The notes under the pieces: model-generated
The model's database searches: none
What the model was told of the DNA's origin: nothing
What the model saw: the letters and a program-made list of their open reading frames with translations, nothing else
In this document: in pieces, positions 25,014 to 32,000 of the stretch
How positions within the stretch are numbered: the stretch's first letter is position 1
Layout of the letters: each line of letters opens with the position of its first letter
Made by a program: the position numbers and the translations under genes
Source: an uncultured Opitutales bacterium
GTDB lineage: Bacteria > Verrucomicrobiota > Verrucomicrobiia > Opitutales > Intestinicryptomonadaceae
NCBI GenBank assembly: GCA_934613415.1
Contig: CAKTSY010000002.1
Coordinates: 240,001-272,000, forward strand
Reading direction: 5' to 3'
Length of the DNA stretch: 32,000 bases

Positions 25014-26102
25014 TTAATACAGCTTTGCAGCCGCCTCTCTTGCAGATTGCTCCATTTCGAAATTAAGGATTACAATGGCAGCCATTGCCTCTACAATGGG
25101 AACAGCCCTTGGTAAAACGCACGGGTCGTGGCGGCCGCGCCCCCTTATTTTTGCGGGCTGTAGCTTGTTGTCGATAGTGTCTTGCTCTTTTACGATTGTT
25201 GCCACCGGCTTAAATGCAATTTTAAAGTCTATATCCATACCGCTGCTAATGCCGCCTAAAACGCCGCCCGCATTGTTGGTTTTGGTTTTTACAACGCCGT
25301 TTTCGGCGTAGAAAATGTCGTTATTCTTCGAGCCAAATAGGCGAGCTGCGGCAAAGCCAGCGCCTATTTCAAACCCCTTTGCCGCCGGTATCGAAAGCAT
25401 TGCCTTTGCAAGCTCGGCGTGCAGCCTGTCGAATACGGGTTCGCCCAAGCCCGCCCTTACGCCCGAAATGCGGCAGTGTATTACGCCGCCTACGCTTTCG
25501 CCTTCCGACTTTGCCTTTTTTATAAATTCAACCATCTTTGCCGAAACGGTCTTGTCGGGGCAGCGCACGGGGCTTGACTGAATGTCGGCGTCCGACGGGG
25601 TTTCTTTTGCATAGGGCATACCTATAGAGTGCACGGTTTCCACCCATGCGGTGATTTTTACCGATTTAGAAAGACATTTTTTTGCAACAGCCCCCGCAAT
25701 TACGCGGGCAATAGTTTCTCTTGCCGAGCTTCTGCCGCCGCCGCGGTAGTCGCGTATGCCGAATTTTGCGTCGTAGGTATAGTCGGCGTGCGAGGGGCGG
25801 TATTTGTCGGCCATTTCGGAATAGTCGGAGGAGTGCTGGTCGGAATTTCTTACAATCACGCAAATGGGAGTTCCCAAAGTTTTGCCTTCGAAAGTTCCCG
25901 ATAAAATTTCGCACTTGTCGGCCTCGTTGCGGGGTGTGGAAATATCGCTTTGACCCGGGCGGCGTTTGTCTAGCTCTGTCTGAATGTCGCTTTCCGACAA
26001 TTCAAGCCTGGGCGGACAGCCGTCTATAATGCAACCTACCGCCTTGCCGTGGCTCTCGCCAAAAGACGCCACCTTAAAGAGATTTCCGTATATGTTTCCC
26101 AT
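25014..26102 (-). CDS. aroC: Chorismate synthase
   Basis: Motifs seen are FGESHG, RRPGQSD and GGGRSSARET. The track start at 26138 is TTG, so I prefer ATG at 26102 (MGNIYGNLFKV). Confidence 0.9.
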   Translation of the reverse strand: MGNIYGNLFKVASFGESHGKAVGCIIDGCPPRLELSESDIQTELDKRRPGQSDISTPRNEADKCEILSGTFEGKTLGTPICVIVRNSDQHSSDYSEMADKYRPSHADYTYDAKFGIRDYRGGGRSSARETIARVIAGAVAKKCLSKSVKITAWVETVHSIGMPYAKETPSDADIQSSPVRCPDKTVSAKMVEFIKKAKSEGESVGGVIHCRISGVRAGLGEPVFDRLHAELAKAMLSIPAAKGFEIGAGFAAARLFGSKNNDIFYAENGVVKTKTNNAGGVLGGISSGMDIDFKIAFKPVATIVKEQDTIDNKLQPAKIRGRGRHDPCVLPRAVPIVEAMAAIVILNFEMEQSAREAAAKLY

Positions 26103-26173
26103 TATGTAAATAATTAAGCAAATGCCCTTGCCGTGCAAGCATTTTCTGCAAATAAAATAAGTTAAAAGAACGC

Positions 26174-26203
26174 TTGAAAATGCCGTTAAATACGGTAATT
26201 TTG
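26174..26203 (+). promoter_or_regulatory. Possible promoter for ppk1
   Basis: TTGAAA (26174-26179), a 16-nt spacer, then TAATTT (26196-26201). The same site reads TAATTTTG (26196-26203), which matches the Bacteroidota-type -7 consensus TAnnTTTG. Confidence 0.3.
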
Positions 26204-26231
26204 GGGCAACTTTTATTTAAAAAATTGCGCT

Positions 26232-28364
26232 ATGGACTCAAAGCAGGAAAACATTTTATACCTTAACAGAGAACTAAGCTGGATGGCATTCAACAAAAGG
26301 GTGCTTAATTTGTGCGTGGAAAAGACATTCCCGATTCTAGAGCAAATGCGCTTTTTGTCGATTGTAAGCACAAATTTAGACGAGTTTTACGAAATAAGGG
26401 TAGCAGGCTTACTGCAAAAGTCGGAGGCTCCCGTTGCGGCTTCCGATTCGCCCGACGGAATGGGGCCAAGGCAACAGCTTGCAAAAATAAGGGTGCTAAC
26501 CCTTGCAATGCTTGCCGAAAAAAACAAGATTTGGAAAGAGCACATCTTGCCCGAGCTGAAGAAAAACAATGTTCTTTTTAAAGAGCCAAGTGCCTGCAGC
26601 CCAGCCGAAAAGGCATGGTTAAAAAACTATTTTACGCAAAATATATACCCCGTTTTAACGCCCTTGGCAATAGACCCTGCCCACCCATTTCCGCACCTGC
26701 GCAACAAGGGTATGTATGTTTTTGTGCAGCTGGCGCAAGAGGGCGTAAGACGCGCCCCGCTAGTGCCCGCAATAATTCCGATTCCGCCCATTTTGCCTAG
26801 GGTTATAAAAATAGAGTCGCACGCGGCAAATAAAGATTCGTATGTATTTTTAAGCGAATTGGTTAAGGCAAATGCCGGCGAGCTTTTTAAGGGCTACAAA
26901 GTAAAAAGCGCCTCCAACTTTAGGCTTACGCGCAATAGCGACTTGTATTTCGACGAAGAGGAAACCGAAAACCTTTTAAGCACAATAGAAAAAGAGCTGC
27001 ACAAGCGCAAGCAGGGGGCAGCCGTTAGGCTTGAAGTGCAGTCGGACATTAAAGACGCGCCTTTAGAGCAACTGATTTCCGAATTGGCGGTTCCGCGCGA
27101 CTTTGTGTTTAAGATAGAGCACAACCCCATAAATATGGCGCATTTGGCGGAGGCATATTCGCGCATAGACCGTCCAGACCTTAAATTTGCGCCGCTAAAG
27201 CCCTATCTGCCCGACGCTTTCAAAAAGGGCGGCGACATATTCGAAATGATAAGAAATTCGGATATGCTTTTCCACCACCCTTACGACAGTTTTGAGCCCA
27301 TAGAATATTTTGTGGAATCAGCGGCAAAAGACAGCGATGTTCTTGCCATAAAAATGACGCTATACAGGGTAAACGGCGGTTCGCCCATTATAGGCTCGCT
27401 TAAAAAAGCAGCCGAAAACGGCAAGCAAGTTACGGTTTTAGTAGAGCTTAAAGCGCGTTTCGACGAAGAAAAGAACATTGAGTGGGCGCGCCAGCTTGAA
27501 GAGGCGGGCGTGCATGTCGTATACGGTATTGTGGGGCTTAAAACCCACTGCAAAATCTGCATGGTAGTGCGCCGCGAAAAGAGGGGCATACGCCGCTACG
27601 CGCATTTGGGAACGGGCAACTACAACTCTATTACCGCAAAGATATATACGGATTTGTCTATGTTTACCTGCAACCCGCAAATTTGCGGCGAGGTTGCCGA
27701 CGTTTTCAACACCCTTACGGGCAAGTCGGTAAAGCCGAAATTCCAAAAGCTTTGGGTTGCCCCGTTCTCGTTTATGGAAAATTTCCTGCATATGGTGGAA
27801 AGGGAAATTAAAAACGCAAAGGCGGGCAAACCTGCGCGCATAATAATAAAGGCGAACGCCGTAATCGAAAAAACCGTTATCGACGCCTTGTATAGGGCGT
27901 CGCAGGCGGGCGTGAAAATAGAAATGATTGTAAGGGGTATGTGCTCGCTAATTCCCAATGTAAAAACGGTTAGCGAAAACATATCGGTAAAAAGCATTGT
28001 TGGCGTGTATTTGGAACACAGCCGCATATACTACTTCGAAAACGGAGGAGACTACGAAATATATGCAGGTTCGGGCGACTTGATGAGCCGCAATCTATTC
28101 CGTCGAATAGAGGTTATATTTCCCGTCGAAAACCCCGAAATAAAAGTGCGCATTAAAGACGAAATTTTGGCGTCGTTAATAAAAGACAACGAGTTTTCCG
28201 ACATACTGCATGCAAACGGCGCATACTATAAATCGCCCGCAAAAGGCGCGCTGTTTTCGGCGCAACGCCATTTTTCGGAACTTACCGAAAAGCGGAACAC
28301 AGAGCAGGTAAGCCGTATGCACGGCGAAAATATGCCGCTTAAAATTGTGGTGCACAAAAAGTAA
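26232..28364 (+). CDS. ppk1: Polyphosphate kinase 1
   Basis: The N-terminus is YLNRELSWMAFNKRVL. The autophosphorylation His lies in LKTHCKICMVVRRE. Two C-terminal PLD-like domains are present. Length is 710 aa. Confidence 0.95.
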   Translation: MDSKQENILYLNRELSWMAFNKRVLNLCVEKTFPILEQMRFLSIVSTNLDEFYEIRVAGLLQKSEAPVAASDSPDGMGPRQQLAKIRVLTLAMLAEKNKIWKEHILPELKKNNVLFKEPSACSPAEKAWLKNYFTQNIYPVLTPLAIDPAHPFPHLRNKGMYVFVQLAQEGVRRAPLVPAIIPIPPILPRVIKIESHAANKDSYVFLSELVKANAGELFKGYKVKSASNFRLTRNSDLYFDEEETENLLSTIEKELHKRKQGAAVRLEVQSDIKDAPLEQLISELAVPRDFVFKIEHNPINMAHLAEAYSRIDRPDLKFAPLKPYLPDAFKKGGDIFEMIRNSDMLFHHPYDSFEPIEYFVESAAKDSDVLAIKMTLYRVNGGSPIIGSLKKAAENGKQVTVLVELKARFDEEKNIEWARQLEEAGVHVVYGIVGLKTHCKICMVVRREKRGIRRYAHLGTGNYNSITAKIYTDLSMFTCNPQICGEVADVFNTLTGKSVKPKFQKLWVAPFSFMENFLHMVEREIKNAKAGKPARIIIKANAVIEKTVIDALYRASQAGVKIEMIVRGMCSLIPNVKTVSENISVKSIVGVYLEHSRIYYFENGGDYEIYAGSGDLMSRNLFRRIEVIFPVENPEIKVRIKDEILASLIKDNEFSDILHANGAYYKSPAKGALFSAQRHFSELTEKRNTEQVSRMHGENMPLKIVVHKK

Positions 28365-28371
28365 AAATATA

Positions 28372-28401
28372 AGCGGCAGATTAAAAAATTTGCCGCTTTT
28401 T
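28372..28401 (+). terminator. Candidate intrinsic terminator between convergent ppk1 and truA
   Basis: A 7-bp stem, agcggca (28372-28378) with tgccgct (28391-28397), closes a 12-nt loop. A T-run follows at 28398-28401. Confidence 0.45.
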
Positions 28402-28409
28402 GCATATAA

Positions 28410-29153
28410 TTATTTATAGAAAACTTTGTCGAGCCTAAGTCCTTCGGCGGGGGCAGCCCTTATTTCGGTGCCCCTTACTTCGGCAAGCAAAATGCGCTGC
28501 AAATCCTGCTTGGTAAGCTTGCCTAGCCCCACTTGCACGAGCGCGCCAACAAGCATTCTGACCATTTTGTATAGATAGCCGCTGCCGAGCGTGCTTATTG
28601 TAATTGTTTTGCCGCGTTTTTTTAAATTCAGCTCGTAAATTGTCTTTACGGTGTTTTCTACAACGCCCTTGCCCCTGTTTGCCGAATATGCCCTGAAATT
28701 GTGCGTGCCCAAAAATATTTCGGCGGCGTCTTTCATTTTTTCGAAATCAACGGTTTGCCTTTTTAAAGACCAAACATAGCGCGTGGTTTCGGGCATTGCA
28801 AAGCCTTCGTAAATTTTGTATACATAGCGTTTTTTTATAACGCTGAATCTTGCGTGGAATTTTGGGCTGCACTTTTTAAGAGACAAAATTAAAACGTCTC
28901 TTCTGTGGTGCGAGCGCATTGCAATTAAAAGCTGTTCTACAGAATGTGGCCAGTCGGCGTCGAAGTGGAACACCTGCGCGTTTGCGTGCACGCCAGCGTC
29001 GGTTCTGCCACTTGCGTGTATGCGTATTGGCTTTTTAAAAATCGCAAACAGCCTTTTTTCTATAAAATCTTGAACGCTAAGCCCGTTGGGCTGGCTTTGC
29101 CAACCGCAAAAATCGGTTCCGTCGTAGCTGCATATGCACTTAAAGCGAGGCAT
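28410..29153 (-). CDS. truA: tRNA pseudouridine(38-40) synthase
   Basis: Motifs seen are KCICSYDGTDFCGWQ and SGRTDAGVHA (catalytic Asp). I prefer ATG at 29153, which overlaps the ruvX 3' end by 14 nt. The track start at 29177 is TTG. Confidence 0.9.
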   Translation of the reverse strand: MPRFKCICSYDGTDFCGWQSQPNGLSVQDFIEKRLFAIFKKPIRIHASGRTDAGVHANAQVFHFDADWPHSVEQLLIAMRSHHRRDVLILSLKKCSPKFHARFSVIKKRYVYKIYEGFAMPETTRYVWSLKRQTVDFEKMKDAAEIFLGTHNFRAYSANRGKGVVENTVKTIYELNLKKRGKTITISTLGSGYLYKMVRMLVGALVQVGLGKLTKQDLQRILLAEVRGTEIRAAPAEGLRLDKVFYK

Positions 29154-29577
29154 TGTCCAAATACTCCTGCAAAACAACCGCGCTCGAGCGCGAATCTATG
29201 TCGCCGCTTTTTCTGTATTTTCTTTTCTGCTTTACCGACTTTTTCTTTTTCGAAAAAAAGTTCATATCGTTTTCAACCTGAAAGGAGCTTAAACGCTCGT
29301 CGGCGGTGTCGAACTTAAGAGTCGGGAACTCTTTTTTTAGGCGTTCTATAAAAGCGTCTACCTCTTTTGCCTTAAAGCCGGTGCTGCCGTCCATATTGTA
29401 GGGGTAGCCCACCAAAATAAGCTCTATTTTTTTTGAGGAAACTTCGCGGGCAATGTGGGCTATGCGGCTTTCAAAATCGGGCTCTACGGCGGCGGGCAGC
29501 GGCAGCGCAATTCCAACTTCGTCGGCGTACGAAAGCCCCACGCGCTTTTCGCCGTAATCTATGCACAATATGTTCAT
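29140..29577 (-). CDS. ruvX: Holliday junction resolvase-like RNase YqgF/RuvX
   Basis: The N-terminus MNILCIDYGEKRVGLSYAD matches the YqgF signature. Length is 145 aa. Confidence 0.85.
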   Translation of the reverse strand: MNILCIDYGEKRVGLSYADEVGIALPLPAAVEPDFESRIAHIAREVSSKKIELILVGYPYNMDGSTGFKAKEVDAFIERLKKEFPTLKFDTADERLSSFQVENDMNFFSKKKKSVKQKRKYRKSGDIDSRSSAVVLQEYLDNASL

Positions 29578-29648
29578 CTATTGCATTCCGTTTTGAACAA
29601 ATTTTTTTTATTTGCAAGCGATAAAGTTTTTATGCAAGCTAAAAAGCC

Positions 29649-30356
29649 GTGAAAGACGACATTAAAAACCTACTTGTTTTGCAGGACAAAGACGCAAAAA
29701 TATTCGACCTAAATTCTAAAATTGCCGTAGCCTCGGCCAAAATTGCCGAGTGCGACAAAGACATAGCGCAACAAAAAAACCTTATGGGCGAATTCGAGCG
29801 CGCAGTTGGCGACTTGCAAAATAAAAGAATGTCGCTGCGCGCCGAAAGAAAGGCTGTTGAAGACAGGATTTTAAAATATAAAACGCAGTTGCTTTCCGTA
29901 AAAAAGAACGACGAATACGCGGCTTTAAACGCAGCAATAGACAAGTCGGGGCAAGAGGTTTCCGCCTTCGAGGAAAAAGAGCTTGAAATTATGTTCAAAA
30001 TAGACGAGATTGCGCCCAAGCTTGAAGCCGAAAAGCAATCGCGTCAAAAAAACATAGACGAAATAAATTCGCAAAAAAATTTGTATGCCGAGCAGATAGA
30101 AAATTTAAAGACGGCATTGGAAAACGCGCAAATAGACAGACGCCGTGCCGAAACCAGCGTTTCGCCAAAATTTTTAACCGCCTACGAAGCCGTGCTAAAA
30201 AGCAAAAAACGCCTGCCTGTTATCGCCTATGTAGACGATTCGCGCTGTTCGGGCTGCCACTTAAAAATATCGTCGGACTTGGAAACTATGGCAAAGCTTG
30301 CCGACAACCCCGTATTTTGCGAGCATTGCGGCAGGCTTATTTATGTGTATAGCTGA
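29649..30356 (+). CDS. Coiled-coil protein with a C-terminal C4 zinc ribbon (COG1579 / DUF164-like)
   Basis: It has a GTG start and a long heptad-rich N-terminal region. The C-terminal motif is CSGCHLKIS...CEHCGRLIY. Length is 235 aa. Confidence 0.7.
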   Translation: MKDDIKNLLVLQDKDAKIFDLNSKIAVASAKIAECDKDIAQQKNLMGEFERAVGDLQNKRMSLRAERKAVEDRILKYKTQLLSVKKNDEYAALNAAIDKSGQEVSAFEEKELEIMFKIDEIAPKLEAEKQSRQKNIDEINSQKNLYAEQIENLKTALENAQIDRRRAETSVSPKFLTAYEAVLKSKKRLPVIAYVDDSRCSGCHLKISSDLETMAKLADNPVFCEHCGRLIYVYS

Positions 30357-30364
30357 TTTCCCTG

Positions 30365-32000
30365 TTAGTCGGCTTTTGTAAGCCCGAATTTCTTCGAAAA
30401 ACTTTCCAGATTGTTTGCGTTGCCTACGCACAAAACGGTGTCTAAAGCCTCTATTTTGCAGTCGGCGGCAGGCTTTGCATATTGGCCGCTGTTGCGCTTT
30501 ATGCTGGTAATTTTCACCATATAAAGCCGGCTAATATCGCTTTGCGCCAAAGTTTTGCCAACAAGGGGCGAGTCGGCGGGCACAAGCAGCTTTTGCGAGT
30601 ACGAGTTTAATTTTTCTTCAGCGTAAAGGTTGTCTAGGTCGTCGTTCGGGGTAAGTAATATCTTTTCGGCGGCGTCAAGCGAGAGCGGCTCGCCGTTTAA
30701 AACAACAACGTCGTCGGGGTAAATTCCCGTTGTAGGCAGTATGTCGTAAATCACAAACCTGCCCCTTTTTATTGCCACAATTTCGGCCTGGGTAGAGCTT
30801 CGTATGCCAAGTTCTTTTACGCTTTTGCCCGCCGCAAACGACAAGTCGCCTATGGTGATTTCGCGGAGTTGCCCGCCCCACGAATATTCGCTTTTAAGCT
30901 TTTGCACCATTTCCTCTTTTCGGGCTTCGTCGGCGTTTTTAAGATGGCGGGTTAAAACCGTTAAAAAGCGGCTCTTTATTGAAGTGTTTATTGTGGAGAA
31001 TTTGCGCCAGAAAATGCCCACGCCAATAGCGGCAAAAACAACGTACATAGCAGCCGCCCTTTTGTCCAGATAGTAGGCGATAATTGCCATATATAACACC
31101 ACAAATAAAATGGCCACCATTCCCTGAAAAACTATGCGCAAAATGCTGCGCATTTTTTCGGCGGTAGCGGGTTTAATATGCGAATTTTCGAATGCTATTT
31201 TAAAAATTATCTTCGAAATAGTGTCTATGTTTTTAAGCACGCCTATAATTAGGGGGAAAGTAAGTATTGCAAGAGCCGCCCACAAGCCTATGCCCCAGTA
31301 GCCCTGAACTATTTTGCGGTCGTACAGATAGTTTAAAATTACAACGCTTACTATTATTATCGCGTTGAAAAGCACCGTATATATGCCTATCTGCAAAAAC
31401 GGGGTTATGCACGCTTTTATGTATTCGCTTTTTGCCGCCGATTGCGAAATTGTCTTTAGCATTCTGTGGTATAAGTCGAACAAAAGGGCGGCTTTGCTGG
31501 GCACAAGGCAGCTAAAGCCCGAATAGAGATTTTCGGCTTTGCCCGACATTATGGGGCTAAATATCAGCGTAAAGAACGATACCCCCATTGTTATAGAGAG
31601 AATATCGGGGCTAATGAGGTTGTAGTTTACGCCCAAGCCCGCAATTACAAAGCTAAATTCGCCTATCTGCGCCAAGTTTATCGCCGCAAAGAACGAATTT
31701 TTTGCGCTGGCTCCGCCGAACAGAATCCCCAAAAAAGTGCCAAAAGTTCTAAATACCATCAATGCCGCCGTAATGCAAACAATGGGCAGCCACATATTCA
31801 GTATAGACCCTGGCACAATCTTTGTTCCTATCGAGACAAAAAACAGTGCTATAAACAAGTTTCTAAAGGGGCTAGACAAATTTTCTATGCGGTTCGAAAC
31901 GGCGGTTCCCGAAATTATAGAGCCCGCCAAAAACGCGCCCAATGCCTGCGACAGCTGCGCAATTTCGGCAAGCTGGCCAAGCCCCAAAACCAGCAGGAAC
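30365..32000 (-). CDS. CPA2-family cation:proton antiporter with two C-terminal RCK_C (TrkA_C) domains; N-terminus lies outside the window
   Basis: The frame is open to the window edge. TM segments include AQIGEFSFVIAGLG, typical of the Kef/CPA2 core. Two RCK_C-like repeats follow (REITIGDLSFAAGKSVKELG...VVVLNGEP and LLVPADSPLVGKTLAQSDI...VLCVGNANN). Confidence 0.8.
   Translation of the reverse strand, partial: FLLVLGLGQLAEIAQLSQALGAFLAGSIISGTAVSNRIENLSSPFRNLFIALFFVSIGTKIVPGSILNMWLPIVCITAALMVFRTFGTFLGILFGGASAKNSFFAAINLAQIGEFSFVIAGLGVNYNLISPDILSITMGVSFFTLIFSPIMSGKAENLYSGFSCLVPSKAALLFDLYHRMLKTISQSAAKSEYIKACITPFLQIGIYTVLFNAIIIVSVVILNYLYDRKIVQGYWGIGLWAALAILTFPLIIGVLKNIDTISKIIFKIAFENSHIKPATAEKMRSILRIVFQGMVAILFVVLYMAIIAYYLDKRAAAMYVVFAAIGVGIFWRKFSTINTSIKSRFLTVLTRHLKNADEARKEEMVQKLKSEYSWGGQLREITIGDLSFAAGKSVKELGIRSSTQAEIVAIKRGRFVIYDILPTTGIYPDDVVVLNGEPLSLDAAEKILLTPNDDLDNLYAEEKLNSYSQKLLVPADSPLVGKTLAQSDISRLYMVKITSIKRNSGQYAKPAADCKIEALDTVLCVGNANNLESFSKKFGLTKAD

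Noticed and set aside
26131-29639. The 7-mer TGCAAGC recurs in two divergent promoter regions: once near 26134-26140 and twice at 29614-29620 and 29633-29639.
   Set aside because: A 7-mer is expected by chance several times in 64 kb of double-stranded sequence. There is no dyad symmetry or consistent spacing relative to the starts.
1-32000. CRISPR arrays, tandem repeats, insertion sequences and prophage genes.
   Set aside because: Reading both strands, I found no spaced direct repeats, no terminal inverted repeats flanking any ORF, and no transposase, integrase or phage structural motifs. Intergenic space is too small to hide such elements. I could not run a computational repeat search.

Overview
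This is a very gene-dense chromosomal window: 35 CDS, 1 tRNA, and no rRNA, CRISPR, transposase, integrase or phage genes that I can recognise. The host is a diderm bacterium, judged from ExbB/ExbD, LpxI, a Wzy_C-like protein and a secretin-like motif. I cannot assign a lineage from the sequence alone.

Most of the content is housekeeping:
- Plus strand, 1-2.5 kb: gltD-like oxidoreductase, surE, comF.
- Minus strand, 2.6-4.8 kb: CPBP protease, dus, TPR protein.
- Plus strand, 4.9-6.9 kb: polyprenyl synthase, hemA.
- Minus strand, 6.9-8.2 kb: mazG, DUF45 metallopeptidase.
- Plus strand, 8.3-11.9 kb: rsmA, alpha/beta hydrolase, DJ-1, Wzy-like membrane protein.
- Minus strand, 15.2-26.1 kb: an 11-gene co-directional run of aroC, unknown, hisC, hisB, hisH, gltA, YugP peptidase, leuS, FecR-like protein, lpxI, sufE.
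- 26.2-32.0 kb: ppk1 (+), ruvX-truA (-), a COG1579 zinc-ribbon protein (+), and a 5'-truncated CPA2 antiporter (-).

The ORF track reports longest ORFs, including TTG and GTG starts. I trimmed several to in-frame ATGs that abut or overlap the upstream stop codon. Start codons almost never have a Shine-Dalgarno motif, and ATGA stop/start overlaps are frequent.

The only clearly non-housekeeping patch is about 11.9-15.0 kb. It holds a self-contained tRNA-Gln unit, an orphan Cys4 small protein, a short secreted protein with only the C-terminal signature of a secretin, and a TonB-less exbB-exbD-exbD motor. Four intrinsic terminators punctuate this patch.

I see no complete, obviously novel multi-gene system. 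The secretin-like/ExbBDD locus and a degenerate CobW-like gene wedged between aroC and hisC are the best leads. All family calls come from motif reading by eye, not database searches.
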